DNA of 64,000 nt, from positions 80,293 through 144,292 of the forward strand of contig JBAZJV010000003.1 in NCBI GenBank assembly GCA_041651095.1. The letters run 5' to 3'. Under the pieces are notes generated by a model that saw only the letters and a list, made by a program, of their open reading frames with translations, searched no databases and had not been told where the DNA came from. Below are positions 1 to 7,704 of the stretch, piece after piece (positions within the stretch are counted from its first letter, which is position 1; each line of letters starts with the position of its first letter). The position numbers and the translations under genes were made by a program. The stretch is from Patescibacteria group bacterium (GTDB lineage Bacteria > Patescibacteriota > Patescibacteriia > Patescibacteriales > UBA12465).

Positions 1-105
1 GAAATCAACAAGCGATATAACATCAACCAAGATTTTATATTGCACTATATAGATTCAGTTTTCTTGAAGGATGTATCAATCGGGTCATTAGTGGAAGTGA
101 ATTAA
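1..105 (+). CDS. 3' end of an unidentified CDS entering from the left window edge
   Basis: Frame +1 is open from base 1 to TAA at 103-105 (...FLKDVSIGSLVEVN*). A hairpin with T-run follows. 34 aa is too short to assign a family. Confidence 0.3.
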   Translation, partial: EINKRYNINQDFILHYIDSVFLKDVSIGSLVEVN

Positions 106-118
106 GAAAAGTTTTAAG

Positions 119-152
119 CCGCCGCGTTCCATGAGACCGGCGGTTTTTATTT
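119..152. terminator. intrinsic terminator-like hairpin between the left-edge CDS and the uvrC stop
   Basis: CCGCCG (119-124) pairs with CGGCGG (138-143); T-run 144-148 on the + strand. Confidence 0.45.
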
Positions 153-1316
153 TAGTCCGGACGGCCTCTTGGCCCTTTTTCGCCCATAATTGGCGAAACG
201 GTGTGCTTCTTCCCTGACTTTAAGCAGCGTCGGCTTGATATTGGCGGCCAGGTCGCGCAGCGCTTTAGTGGTGGCGGCCGGAAAGACCAGCCGGTCGCCG
301 CCGAATTTGGAGATGCCCACCAGGGGGCGCTGAATATTATGATCGGCCAGGACGCGGGACAGGAAACTTATTTGTGGCGATCCGCCGTCAATCATAATCA
401 GGTCGGGCAAAGGCCATTCCGCATGCCGGAAGCGCCGGAGCAGGACTTCGGCTAAGGCGCGTTCATCGTCGCCGGCGGGCGCGTCCTTTATTTTGAATAA
501 GCGATATTCGGATCGGGCCGCTTCTCCGTTGGCGAAAACGACCATCGAGCCGTAGCTCTCCCGGCCGGCCAGATGCGAGATGTCGTAGCCCTCTATCCGA
601 TTGATTTTCCCTTCTTCGAGATCATCTTCGCGCGTCAGCAAGGAGACATCCTGGAGGTGTTTGAGCGCCTTTATCTTATCCGGATTTTCTTTTATTAATT
701 TCTTGATCAGGCGCTTTTTTTCGCCGCCCAGCAGCAAGCTGATATTATTGATATTGTTTTGATAATCTCTCGCCGAGATGGCATCGACACAGGCGCCCGG
801 GCAAAGGCCGATCTGATAGTCGAAACAGGCTTGGCCATTGTGCGGCCGGCAGGTGCCATAGGGGAAAACGCGTCGGATCAGCCGCAGCGCCGTATTGAGG
901 AGATAAAAAGATTGATATGGCCCGAAGACCTTGGCCCGGCTGGCGGGAAATTTTTTCAGGTCGTTGCCGCGGACGATCAGCGGTTTGGTGAATTCCTGTT
1001 TCGGAATGACGACATAGATAAATGAACGGTCATCGCGGTCTACTATATTATATTTTGGCCAATATTTCTTGATATTATATGCTTCCAGGATGATCGCTTC
1101 CAACAAGGTGTCCGTGGCTTCATATTTAATATCGCCGGCTTGAGCGACCATCTCGGCAATGCGCGGATTGATATTTTTCTGAAAGTATTGGCTTAGGCGA
1201 TTTTTTAGACTGGTCGCTCGGCCAACATACAATATCTGGCCATGCTTATCTAGCCAGAAATAAATACCCGGCTGCTTGGGAATGGTTTTTAGTTTATCTT
1301 TTAATTTTGAAGCCAT
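147..1316 (-). CDS. uvrC: excinuclease ABC subunit C, minimised form (389 aa)
   Basis: N-terminal GIY-YIG (GIYFWLD...ILYVGRATSLKNRLSQYF). Cys-rich segment (QIGLCPGAC). RNase H-like 3'-half motif RIEGYDISHLAGRESYGSMVVF...IMIDGG. Ends at ...EEAHRFANYGRKRAK, before where the (HhH)2 domain would start. Confidence 0.85.
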   Translation of the reverse strand: MASKLKDKLKTIPKQPGIYFWLDKHGQILYVGRATSLKNRLSQYFQKNINPRIAEMVAQAGDIKYEATDTLLEAIILEAYNIKKYWPKYNIVDRDDRSFIYVVIPKQEFTKPLIVRGNDLKKFPASRAKVFGPYQSFYLLNTALRLIRRVFPYGTCRPHNGQACFDYQIGLCPGACVDAISARDYQNNINNISLLLGGEKKRLIKKLIKENPDKIKALKHLQDVSLLTREDDLEEGKINRIEGYDISHLAGRESYGSMVVFANGEAARSEYRLFKIKDAPAGDDERALAEVLLRRFRHAEWPLPDLIMIDGGSPQISFLSRVLADHNIQRPLVGISKFGGDRLVFPAATTKALRDLAANIKPTLLKVREEAHRFANYGRKRAKRPSGLK

Positions 1317-1611
1317 AGAGATATTCAGTCGAGCTGATTCGTCCGGTTTTTATGCTGACGCCTTCTTTTTTCAGCAGCGCTATCTTTTTGGCGGCACCGC
1401 CGGCAAAGCCGCCGATCGTTCCGTCCGAGCGGATGACGCGGTGGCACGGCACCTGCGGCGCGTAAGGATTATTATGCAAGGCGTTGCCGACGGCGCGGGA
1501 CGCTCCCGGTTGGCCGAGAGCTTTGGCCAGGGCGAGATAAGTCGCCACCCGGCCGCGCGGTATGAGCGCGGTTAAACGATATACTCGTTTTTGAAAATTA
1601 GTTACTGTCAT
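1294..1611 (-). CDS. ogt: methylated-DNA--protein-cysteine methyltransferase (short, C-terminal-domain-only MGMT/Ogt)
   Basis: Active-site PCHRVI motif and helix-turn-helix region (YLALAKALGQPGASRAVGNAL). 23-nt overlap with the uvrC start. Confidence 0.8.
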   Translation of the reverse strand: MTVTNFQKRVYRLTALIPRGRVATYLALAKALGQPGASRAVGNALHNNPYAPQVPCHRVIRSDGTIGGFAGGAAKKIALLKKEGVSIKTGRISSTEYLYGFKIKR

Positions 1612-1650
1612 GATTTGGCTGTTAATATGAACATTCGGTTAGACCAACCC

Positions 1651-2544
1651 CTATCCGCTGGTAAAGCCGATAGTCAGGCTGCAGATAATGGTAATAGCGG
1701 CGCCGAGGTATTGCCAGCCGCGGATCTTTTCCTTATTGAATTTCAACCCTAAGAGCATGGCAATAACGATATAGCCTTCGGTTACCGCGGCCACAATGGC
1801 TAACTCTCCTTTTTCCGACATGGAAAAAGCAAAGAATAGCCAGGCTATGATATCGACGACGGCTGAAGCTAATATCCAGGGCCAATGCTGTCGGCTGTGT
1901 TTGATGACCGCGCCGAATTTACCCCGTAACAGGAAGTAGGTCAGGCAAACCAGTCCGCTCAAGCTCCAGGGAAACCAGATCGCCAGGAGCGGCGTAACCC
2001 TGACCGATCCCAGGGCGGTAAAAAAATTGGTCAGAGCCAGCAGGATGGCGGTCAGCGCGGCCAGCCAAGCGCCTCTTTCCAAGAAAATCTTATTTTTTTG
2101 CCAGAAGAACCAGAATTGATGCCAGCGCATCTTATTAAAATCCAGGGAAATCAGAATGACGCCGACGAATAAGCCGAAGATTAGCAGTAATTGATCAGGC
2201 GATAAGGTGTTTTGCAGGAACATGACGCCCAGGATGATGGTAATAGGCAGTTCGAAAAACAAGATGATTTCAACAACTGACAGCTTGCCGGTTTCTAGGG
2301 CTTTGAAATGGGCCATGGCGCCGGCGAAATCGATAACCCCTAAGATCAGCAGCAAACTGACACCGGGCCAATTCAGGACCCATAGATCTCGCCAAATAAG
2401 CGGCAATAAGCCGATAAAGCTGGCCAAATAAATCCACCATAAGGTTTCTAGCCAGCCAATCCGATGTATGACCTTCTGACTGAGGAAATCCCCCAGCCCC
2501 CAACCGACCATCGCCCCGAAGGCGAGCAAGATCGCTATGTTCAT
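1651..2544 (-). CDS. EamA/DMT-family membrane transporter
   Basis: About 10 hydrophobic helices with two EamA-like halves. No specific substrate can be inferred. Confidence 0.65.
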   Translation of the reverse strand: MNIAILLAFGAMVGWGLGDFLSQKVIHRIGWLETLWWIYLASFIGLLPLIWRDLWVLNWPGVSLLLILGVIDFAGAMAHFKALETGKLSVVEIILFFELPITIILGVMFLQNTLSPDQLLLIFGLFVGVILISLDFNKMRWHQFWFFWQKNKIFLERGAWLAALTAILLALTNFFTALGSVRVTPLLAIWFPWSLSGLVCLTYFLLRGKFGAVIKHSRQHWPWILASAVVDIIAWLFFAFSMSEKGELAIVAAVTEGYIVIAMLLGLKFNKEKIRGWQYLGAAITIICSLTIGFTSG

Positions 2545-2549
2545 AAGTT

Positions 2550-5057
2550 TTATTTCAAATAGGGCTTTAAATATTTACCGGTAAAACTGGCGGGTTCCCG
2601 GGCGACGTCTTCGGGGGCGCCGGCCGCCACCAAGCGGCCGCCCGCTTCCCCGCCGTCCGGGCCGAGATCGATCAGATAATCCATCGCCTTGAGCATATGC
2701 ATATTGTGCTCGATGACCAAAACGGAATTGCCTTTTTCTACCAGTCTATTAAGCACGCCGAGCAATAGGTCGATGTCGTAATAATGCAGGCCGGTGGTCG
2801 GTTCGTCCAGCAGATAGAGCGTCCGTTTGCCCAAGGTATGGGTAAGCTCCTTGGCGATCTTGATGCGCTGGGCTTCACCGCCGGAGAGGGTCGTAGCGCT
2901 CTGGCCGATCTTGAGATAGCCGAGGCCGACCGAAGCCAGGACTTTCAATTTGTCGGTTATCAGATAATTCCCTTCGAAATGTTCGATTGCTTCGTCAATG
3001 GTCAGATCCAGGATTTCCGCGATATTTTTCCCCTTGTATTTTACTTGCAGGGTTTCCCGGTTGAACCGTTTGCCGCGGCAGACTTCGCACTCGACCAGCA
3101 CCGGCGGCAGAAAATGCATCTCAATCAGATTGGCGCCGGCGCCCTCGCAGGCTTCGCAGCGGCCGCCGGCACGATTGAAGGAAAAGCGGCCGATATTATA
3201 GCCTCTTTCCCGCGATTCAGGCAGGGCGGCAAAAAAATCGCGGATCGGCGTGAAGATGCCGGTGTAAGTCGCCGGATTGGAACGCGGCGTCCGGCCGATA
3301 GGCGACTGATCGATTACGACGATTCGGTTGATATATTCCAAGCCCTTGACCTCCTTGACTTCTTCTAATTTGTTCTTGCCCGGGTGATTCTTCAGATAGC
3401 TCACATTCTTATAGATTACATCATAGAGCAACGACGATTTGCCGCTGCCGGAGACGCCGCTGATGCCGACCAGGCGGCCTAGGGGGATATCGATATTTAG
3501 GTTTTTCAAGTTATTGGCGTGCGCGCCGCGCAGCCGCAAGGTCCCGTGGTTCTGTTCCCGGCGTTTGCTCGGCAAGGCGATGTCCTTCAGGCCGCTGAGG
3601 TATTGCAGGGTCAGGGATTTTTTCATCAGCGCCTTGTTCTTCTTGTCGCTCAGCAGATCCTTGGTTTCACCGCTGGCCACCACTTCCCCGCCGTGCACGC
3701 CGGCCAGCGGCCCGAGGTCGACCAGATAATCGGAAGATAAGATGGTCCGTTCGTCATGCTCGACGATAATGACCGTATTATTCTTGTCCCGCAATTTCTG
3801 CAAGGTCTCGATCAGGCGTTCGGTGTCCCGCTCATGCAAACCGATGGTCGGTTCGTCGAGCACGTACAGCGTGCGTGACAGATGCGAGCCGATCTGCGAG
3901 GATAAGCGTATCCGTTGGGCTTCACCGCCGGAAAGAGTTTCCGCCTCCCGGTCCAGAGAGATATAATGCAGGCCGACTTTCAGCAGGAATTCCAGACGGC
4001 TGATCACCTGGACGACCACGTTTTCCGCGATCGCCAGCTGACGTTTGGTCATCTTTTCATAATAATGATTGAAGAAGTCCAGGGACCGGTTGATCGGCAA
4101 AGCGCTGACTTCGGCGATATTCTTATTGTTTATCCGCACGGCCAAGGCTTCCGGCCGCAAGCGCCGTCCCCGACAGACCGGGCATTTTTCGTCGGAAAAG
4201 AAATCAGTCCGTCCCAGGCCGGTGCATTCCGGACAGGCGCCATGCGGTGAATTGAAGGAAAACAGCCGCGGCTCCACTTCCGGGAATGAGAAATTATCAT
4301 TCGGGCAGGTCCAATTGGCCGAGAGCAGGAATTCCCGGTCCTGATATTTGGCGATGACTAATCCCTTGCTGTAGTCCAGGGAATTCTCAATCGCTTCGAA
4401 CAGCCGGGTCTGGTCGCTCAGCAGTATCTTATCGATGACGATATCGATATCATGCTTCTGTTTCGGAGCCAGCTTGACGGTTTCGCGCAACGAGTGGACC
4501 TTGCCGTCGATGCGCGATTCGCTGTAGCCGAGGCCTAGGTAATTATAGAGCAGTTGGTAATATTCGCCTTTGCGATCGCGGACGACCGGCGACAAAATCG
4601 TGACATATTCCTCTCCCTGTTCCTGGCCGCGATTGATGACGATATCAACCATCTCTTCCACGGTCAGCTTTTCGATCTTGGTGCCGCAGACCGGGCAATA
4701 GACCTCGCCGATCCGGGCGTAAAGGACGCGCAGATAATCATAGATTTCGGTCAAGGTGCCGACCGTGGAACGCGGATTATGCGACAGGGCTTTCTGGTCA
4801 ATAGAAATGGACGGCGCCAAACCGACGATTTCATCGACATCGGCCGGTTTCTTCTGACCCAGGAATTGGCGCATATAGGGCGAGAGCGACTCCACGTATT
4901 GCCGCTGCCCTTCGGCGAAGATCGTATCGAAAGCCAACGACGATTTGCCGCTGCCGGAGACGCCGGTGATGACCGTCAATTTATTATGCGGTATTTCCAG
5001 GTCGATATTCTTTAAGTTATGCATCCGCGCGCCGCGAATGATCAGTTTTTCAGACAT
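2550..5057 (-). CDS. uvrA: excinuclease ABC subunit A (835 aa, insertion domain absent)
   Basis: GVSGSGKSSLAFDTIFAEGQRQYVESLS; two ABC modules (LSGGEAQR x2, Walker A GVSGSGKSSL x2); zinc modules CPVCG and ACPECTGLG...CPVCRG. Confidence 0.95.
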   Translation of the reverse strand: MSEKLIIRGARMHNLKNIDLEIPHNKLTVITGVSGSGKSSLAFDTIFAEGQRQYVESLSPYMRQFLGQKKPADVDEIVGLAPSISIDQKALSHNPRSTVGTLTEIYDYLRVLYARIGEVYCPVCGTKIEKLTVEEMVDIVINRGQEQGEEYVTILSPVVRDRKGEYYQLLYNYLGLGYSESRIDGKVHSLRETVKLAPKQKHDIDIVIDKILLSDQTRLFEAIENSLDYSKGLVIAKYQDREFLLSANWTCPNDNFSFPEVEPRLFSFNSPHGACPECTGLGRTDFFSDEKCPVCRGRRLRPEALAVRINNKNIAEVSALPINRSLDFFNHYYEKMTKRQLAIAENVVVQVISRLEFLLKVGLHYISLDREAETLSGGEAQRIRLSSQIGSHLSRTLYVLDEPTIGLHERDTERLIETLQKLRDKNNTVIIVEHDERTILSSDYLVDLGPLAGVHGGEVVASGETKDLLSDKKNKALMKKSLTLQYLSGLKDIALPSKRREQNHGTLRLRGAHANNLKNLNIDIPLGRLVGISGVSGSGKSSLLYDVIYKNVSYLKNHPGKNKLEEVKEVKGLEYINRIVVIDQSPIGRTPRSNPATYTGIFTPIRDFFAALPESRERGYNIGRFSFNRAGGRCEACEGAGANLIEMHFLPPVLVECEVCRGKRFNRETLQVKYKGKNIAEILDLTIDEAIEHFEGNYLITDKLKVLASVGLGYLKIGQSATTLSGGEAQRIKIAKELTHTLGKRTLYLLDEPTTGLHYYDIDLLLGVLNRLVEKGNSVLVIEHNMHMLKAMDYLIDLGPDGGEAGGRLVAAGAPEDVAREPASFTGKYLKPYLK

Positions 5058-5060
5058 AAT

Positions 5061-5642
5061 TTAAGTGTTTAAAAAAGGATTGGGGTCTTCAAAAGTCACC
5101 CGGGCAATATGGTTATTGATATAATCTTCGCCTAAACCGTATTTGTTCTGATATAAGGTCGTGATGCCGCAGAATAAAGCTTGTTGATAATCGAAACCCA
5201 GTTTAAGGCTGACCTTTTTTACTGCCGCTTCTGAACTCCCTTCTATTTCCACATATGGCTCGAGGTAGGGCCATTCATCAATCGTGATTTCTACGCCGTC
5301 TAAGCGCCATAATTCCCGTCGACTTTCTTGATAGGCTTTTTTCTGGCCGCCAATCATCTCTAAAAAATTTACCGCTTCCGTAAAATTATCAACCTGCAAG
5401 CAAACTTCCGTCTGGTTCTCTATCTTGTCGCCATTGATTATCTTCAGGCTCATGGTGATTCTGTCCTGTTCATCACGCACCCTCAACCAGCCGCCGGGAA
5501 TTTCATGTCCGCTGGGTAAATTGAACACAACCCGTTTTTGCAAAAATTCCGGCTTGGCTAAGATTGCGCCAGCCTCTTTCAATCGGGCGCGCATTTCCGC
5601 CTTATCAATATTAGTGAAGGTCGCTTCGTATTCTATGGCCAT
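5061..5642 (-). CDS. CYTH-domain (triphosphate tunnel metalloenzyme / CyaB-like) protein
   Basis: N-terminal IEYEATF (ExExK-like, K replaced), WLRVRD...ITMSLKI, and C-terminal ITIDEWPYLEPYVEIEG resemble the CYTH beta-barrel motifs. Confidence 0.55.
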   Translation of the reverse strand: MAIEYEATFTNIDKAEMRARLKEAGAILAKPEFLQKRVVFNLPSGHEIPGGWLRVRDEQDRITMSLKIINGDKIENQTEVCLQVDNFTEAVNFLEMIGGQKKAYQESRRELWRLDGVEITIDEWPYLEPYVEIEGSSEAAVKKVSLKLGFDYQQALFCGITTLYQNKYGLGEDYINNHIARVTFEDPNPFLNT

Positions 5643-5652
5643 ATTTTTATCA

Positions 5653-7503
5653 TTAATGTTCTGATTCGTCTTTTTTCTCTATATCCAAAAATTCTTCGAT
5701 TTTCTTGGTAATATTGCGCGGCGTGATACCATGCTGCTTATTATACGCCAGCTGTTTTTTCCGTCGGCGCTCCGCCTCTTTGATGGCCCGGCGCATTGAC
5801 GCCGTCACCTTGTCGGCGTAGAGGATGATTTTTCCTTTGACATTGCGCGCCGCCCGGCCCATGGTCTGCATCAGCGAGGTATCGCTGCGCAAGAAGCCCT
5901 CGCGATCCGCGTCCAATATCGCCACCAGGGTCACTTCCGGCAGATCCAGGCCTTCCCGCAATAGGTTGACGCCGATAAGCACGTCGAATTTGCCGACCCG
6001 GAAATCTTTCAATATTTCCGTGCGTTCGAAAGTCTTGATATCCGAATGGAGATAATTAGCCCGGAAACCGCGGCCGTTTAGATAAGCATTCAGGTCTTCC
6101 GCCTGTTTTTTGGTCAAGGTATTAATGATCGCCCGCTCCCCCAGGCCGGCAATGCGTTTGATTTCCAGCATGACGTCGTTGATCTGGCTGTAATTTTTAA
6201 CCGGATCGAAAACCGGCCGGACCTCGATGAGCGGATCGACTAGGCCCGTCGGCCGAATCACCTGTTCGGCCACCTGTTCGGAATGTTCGGTCTCAAATTG
6301 CCCCGGCGTAGCGGTTGTAAATATCATCTGTCCGACACGCGCCTCGAATTCGCTGAATTTCAGAGGCCGGTTATCCAACGCGGACGGCAGCCGCCAGCCG
6401 TATTGGGACAGGATCTTCTTGCGCGCCTGATCGCCGTTATACATGCCTCTAATCTGCGGCACCGCGATATGCGATTCGTCGATAATAGTCAGGAAATCCG
6501 GCCGGCCGGCCTGCCAGGGGAAATAAGCCAAAAGCGAGTCCGGCGCTTCCCCGGCCAGCTTGCCGCTCAGATGGCGGGAATAATTCTCGATGCCATGGCA
6601 ATAGCCGAGCGTCCCAAGCATCTCCAGATCATAATTAGTCCGCCGTTCCAGCCGTTCCGCTTCCAGCAATAATCCCTCTTTTTTGAAATAAGCCAAGCGC
6701 TCTTTCAGCTCCGCCCGAATATTCTTAATGGCCGTTTCGATTTGCGGCTGAGTGGAGACGAAGTGTTTGGGCGGGAAAATGACTATTTCCTCCAAACTTT
6801 CCAGGATATTTTTCGTCGTATTATCGATAATGGAAATAGCGCCGACCTTCTGGCCGCTCAACTCCAGGCGATAGACCAGATTTTCCGATTTCGGCCGGAT
6901 TTCGAAAATATCACCTCTGACTCGGAATTCACCTCGATTGACTTCCCCGTTAACCCGGGTGAACTGGATCTTGATCAATTGCCTGATCAGATCCGCCCTA
7001 ACCAACGGCTTATCTTTTTCCAGCACCAAACGCGCTTCCAGATAAGTATTCGGTACGCCCAGATTGTAAATACAGGAAACGGAAGCCACGATAATGACGT
7101 CGCGGCGAGAAACCAGAGCGGCGGTCGCGCCGTGGCGCAGGCGGTCTATCTCCTCATTAACCATCGCTTCCTTGTCGATATAAGTATCGGTGATCGGCAG
7201 ATAAGCCTCGGGCTGATAGTAGTCGTAATATGAAACGAAATAATGGACGGCATTTTCCGGGAAAAAGTTCTTATACTCGCGATAAAGCTGGGCCGCCAAG
7301 GCCTTGTTCGGAGCGATGACCAGTACCGGCCGATCCAGGCCGGCAATGATGTTGGCGATCGTAAAAGTCTTGCCGGAGCCGGTAACGCCTAGGAGAGTCT
7401 GATAACGCAATCCGGCCGCCAGGCCCTGCTGCAGCTTCTCGATGGCGGCCGGTTGGTCGCCGGCTGGCTGGAAATCCGCTTTTAATTTGAATAAACCGGG
7501 CAT
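5653..7503 (-). CDS. uvrB: excinuclease ABC subunit B (616 aa, no C-terminal UVR domain)
   Basis: QPAGDQPAAI, GVTGSGKTF Walker A, DESH box, helicase motifs, ...NKQHGITPRNI, then stop about 20 aa later. Confidence 0.95.
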   Translation of the reverse strand: MPGLFKLKADFQPAGDQPAAIEKLQQGLAAGLRYQTLLGVTGSGKTFTIANIIAGLDRPVLVIAPNKALAAQLYREYKNFFPENAVHYFVSYYDYYQPEAYLPITDTYIDKEAMVNEEIDRLRHGATAALVSRRDVIIVASVSCIYNLGVPNTYLEARLVLEKDKPLVRADLIRQLIKIQFTRVNGEVNRGEFRVRGDIFEIRPKSENLVYRLELSGQKVGAISIIDNTTKNILESLEEIVIFPPKHFVSTQPQIETAIKNIRAELKERLAYFKKEGLLLEAERLERRTNYDLEMLGTLGYCHGIENYSRHLSGKLAGEAPDSLLAYFPWQAGRPDFLTIIDESHIAVPQIRGMYNGDQARKKILSQYGWRLPSALDNRPLKFSEFEARVGQMIFTTATPGQFETEHSEQVAEQVIRPTGLVDPLIEVRPVFDPVKNYSQINDVMLEIKRIAGLGERAIINTLTKKQAEDLNAYLNGRGFRANYLHSDIKTFERTEILKDFRVGKFDVLIGVNLLREGLDLPEVTLVAILDADREGFLRSDTSLMQTMGRAARNVKGKIILYADKVTASMRRAIKEAERRRKKQLAYNKQHGITPRNITKKIEEFLDIEKKDESEH

Positions 7504-7664
7504 AATTACTAAAAGATTAGGTCAATTCCATCTAAAAATGTGATAAAATACCTTCTTATACTATCATATCACGTAGTTATTAGGAAGATAAATATTTTAG
7601 CTAAAATAAAAGATTTATAGCTTAAATGTCAAGTCCCTGCTTCTCATCTCGGATGATTAGATAA

Positions 7665-7692
7665 CAAAAAACCCGGCTAATGCCGGGTTTTT
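7665..7692. terminator. intrinsic terminator after the surface-protein gene (bidirectional shape)
   Basis: ACCCGGC-TAAT-GCCGGGT stem-loop flanked by an A-run and a T-run. Confidence 0.7.
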
Positions 7693-7704
7693 CAACTTAG
7701 TTGC

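Noticed and set aside
41-58. NrdR-box-like sequence TGCACTATATAGAT near the left edge
   Set aside because: It lies inside the open frame of the partial CDS (1-105). It has only one half-decent arm and no RNR gene context, so it is most likely chance in AT-rich coding sequence.
7504-7704. SOS/LexA box or strong promoter upstream of uvrB
   Set aside because: Only a TTGACA (7627-7632) with a poor -10 (TATTTT at N18) is visible. No CGAAC-N4-GTTCG or CTGT-N8-ACAG type palindrome is present, so no regulatory call was made.
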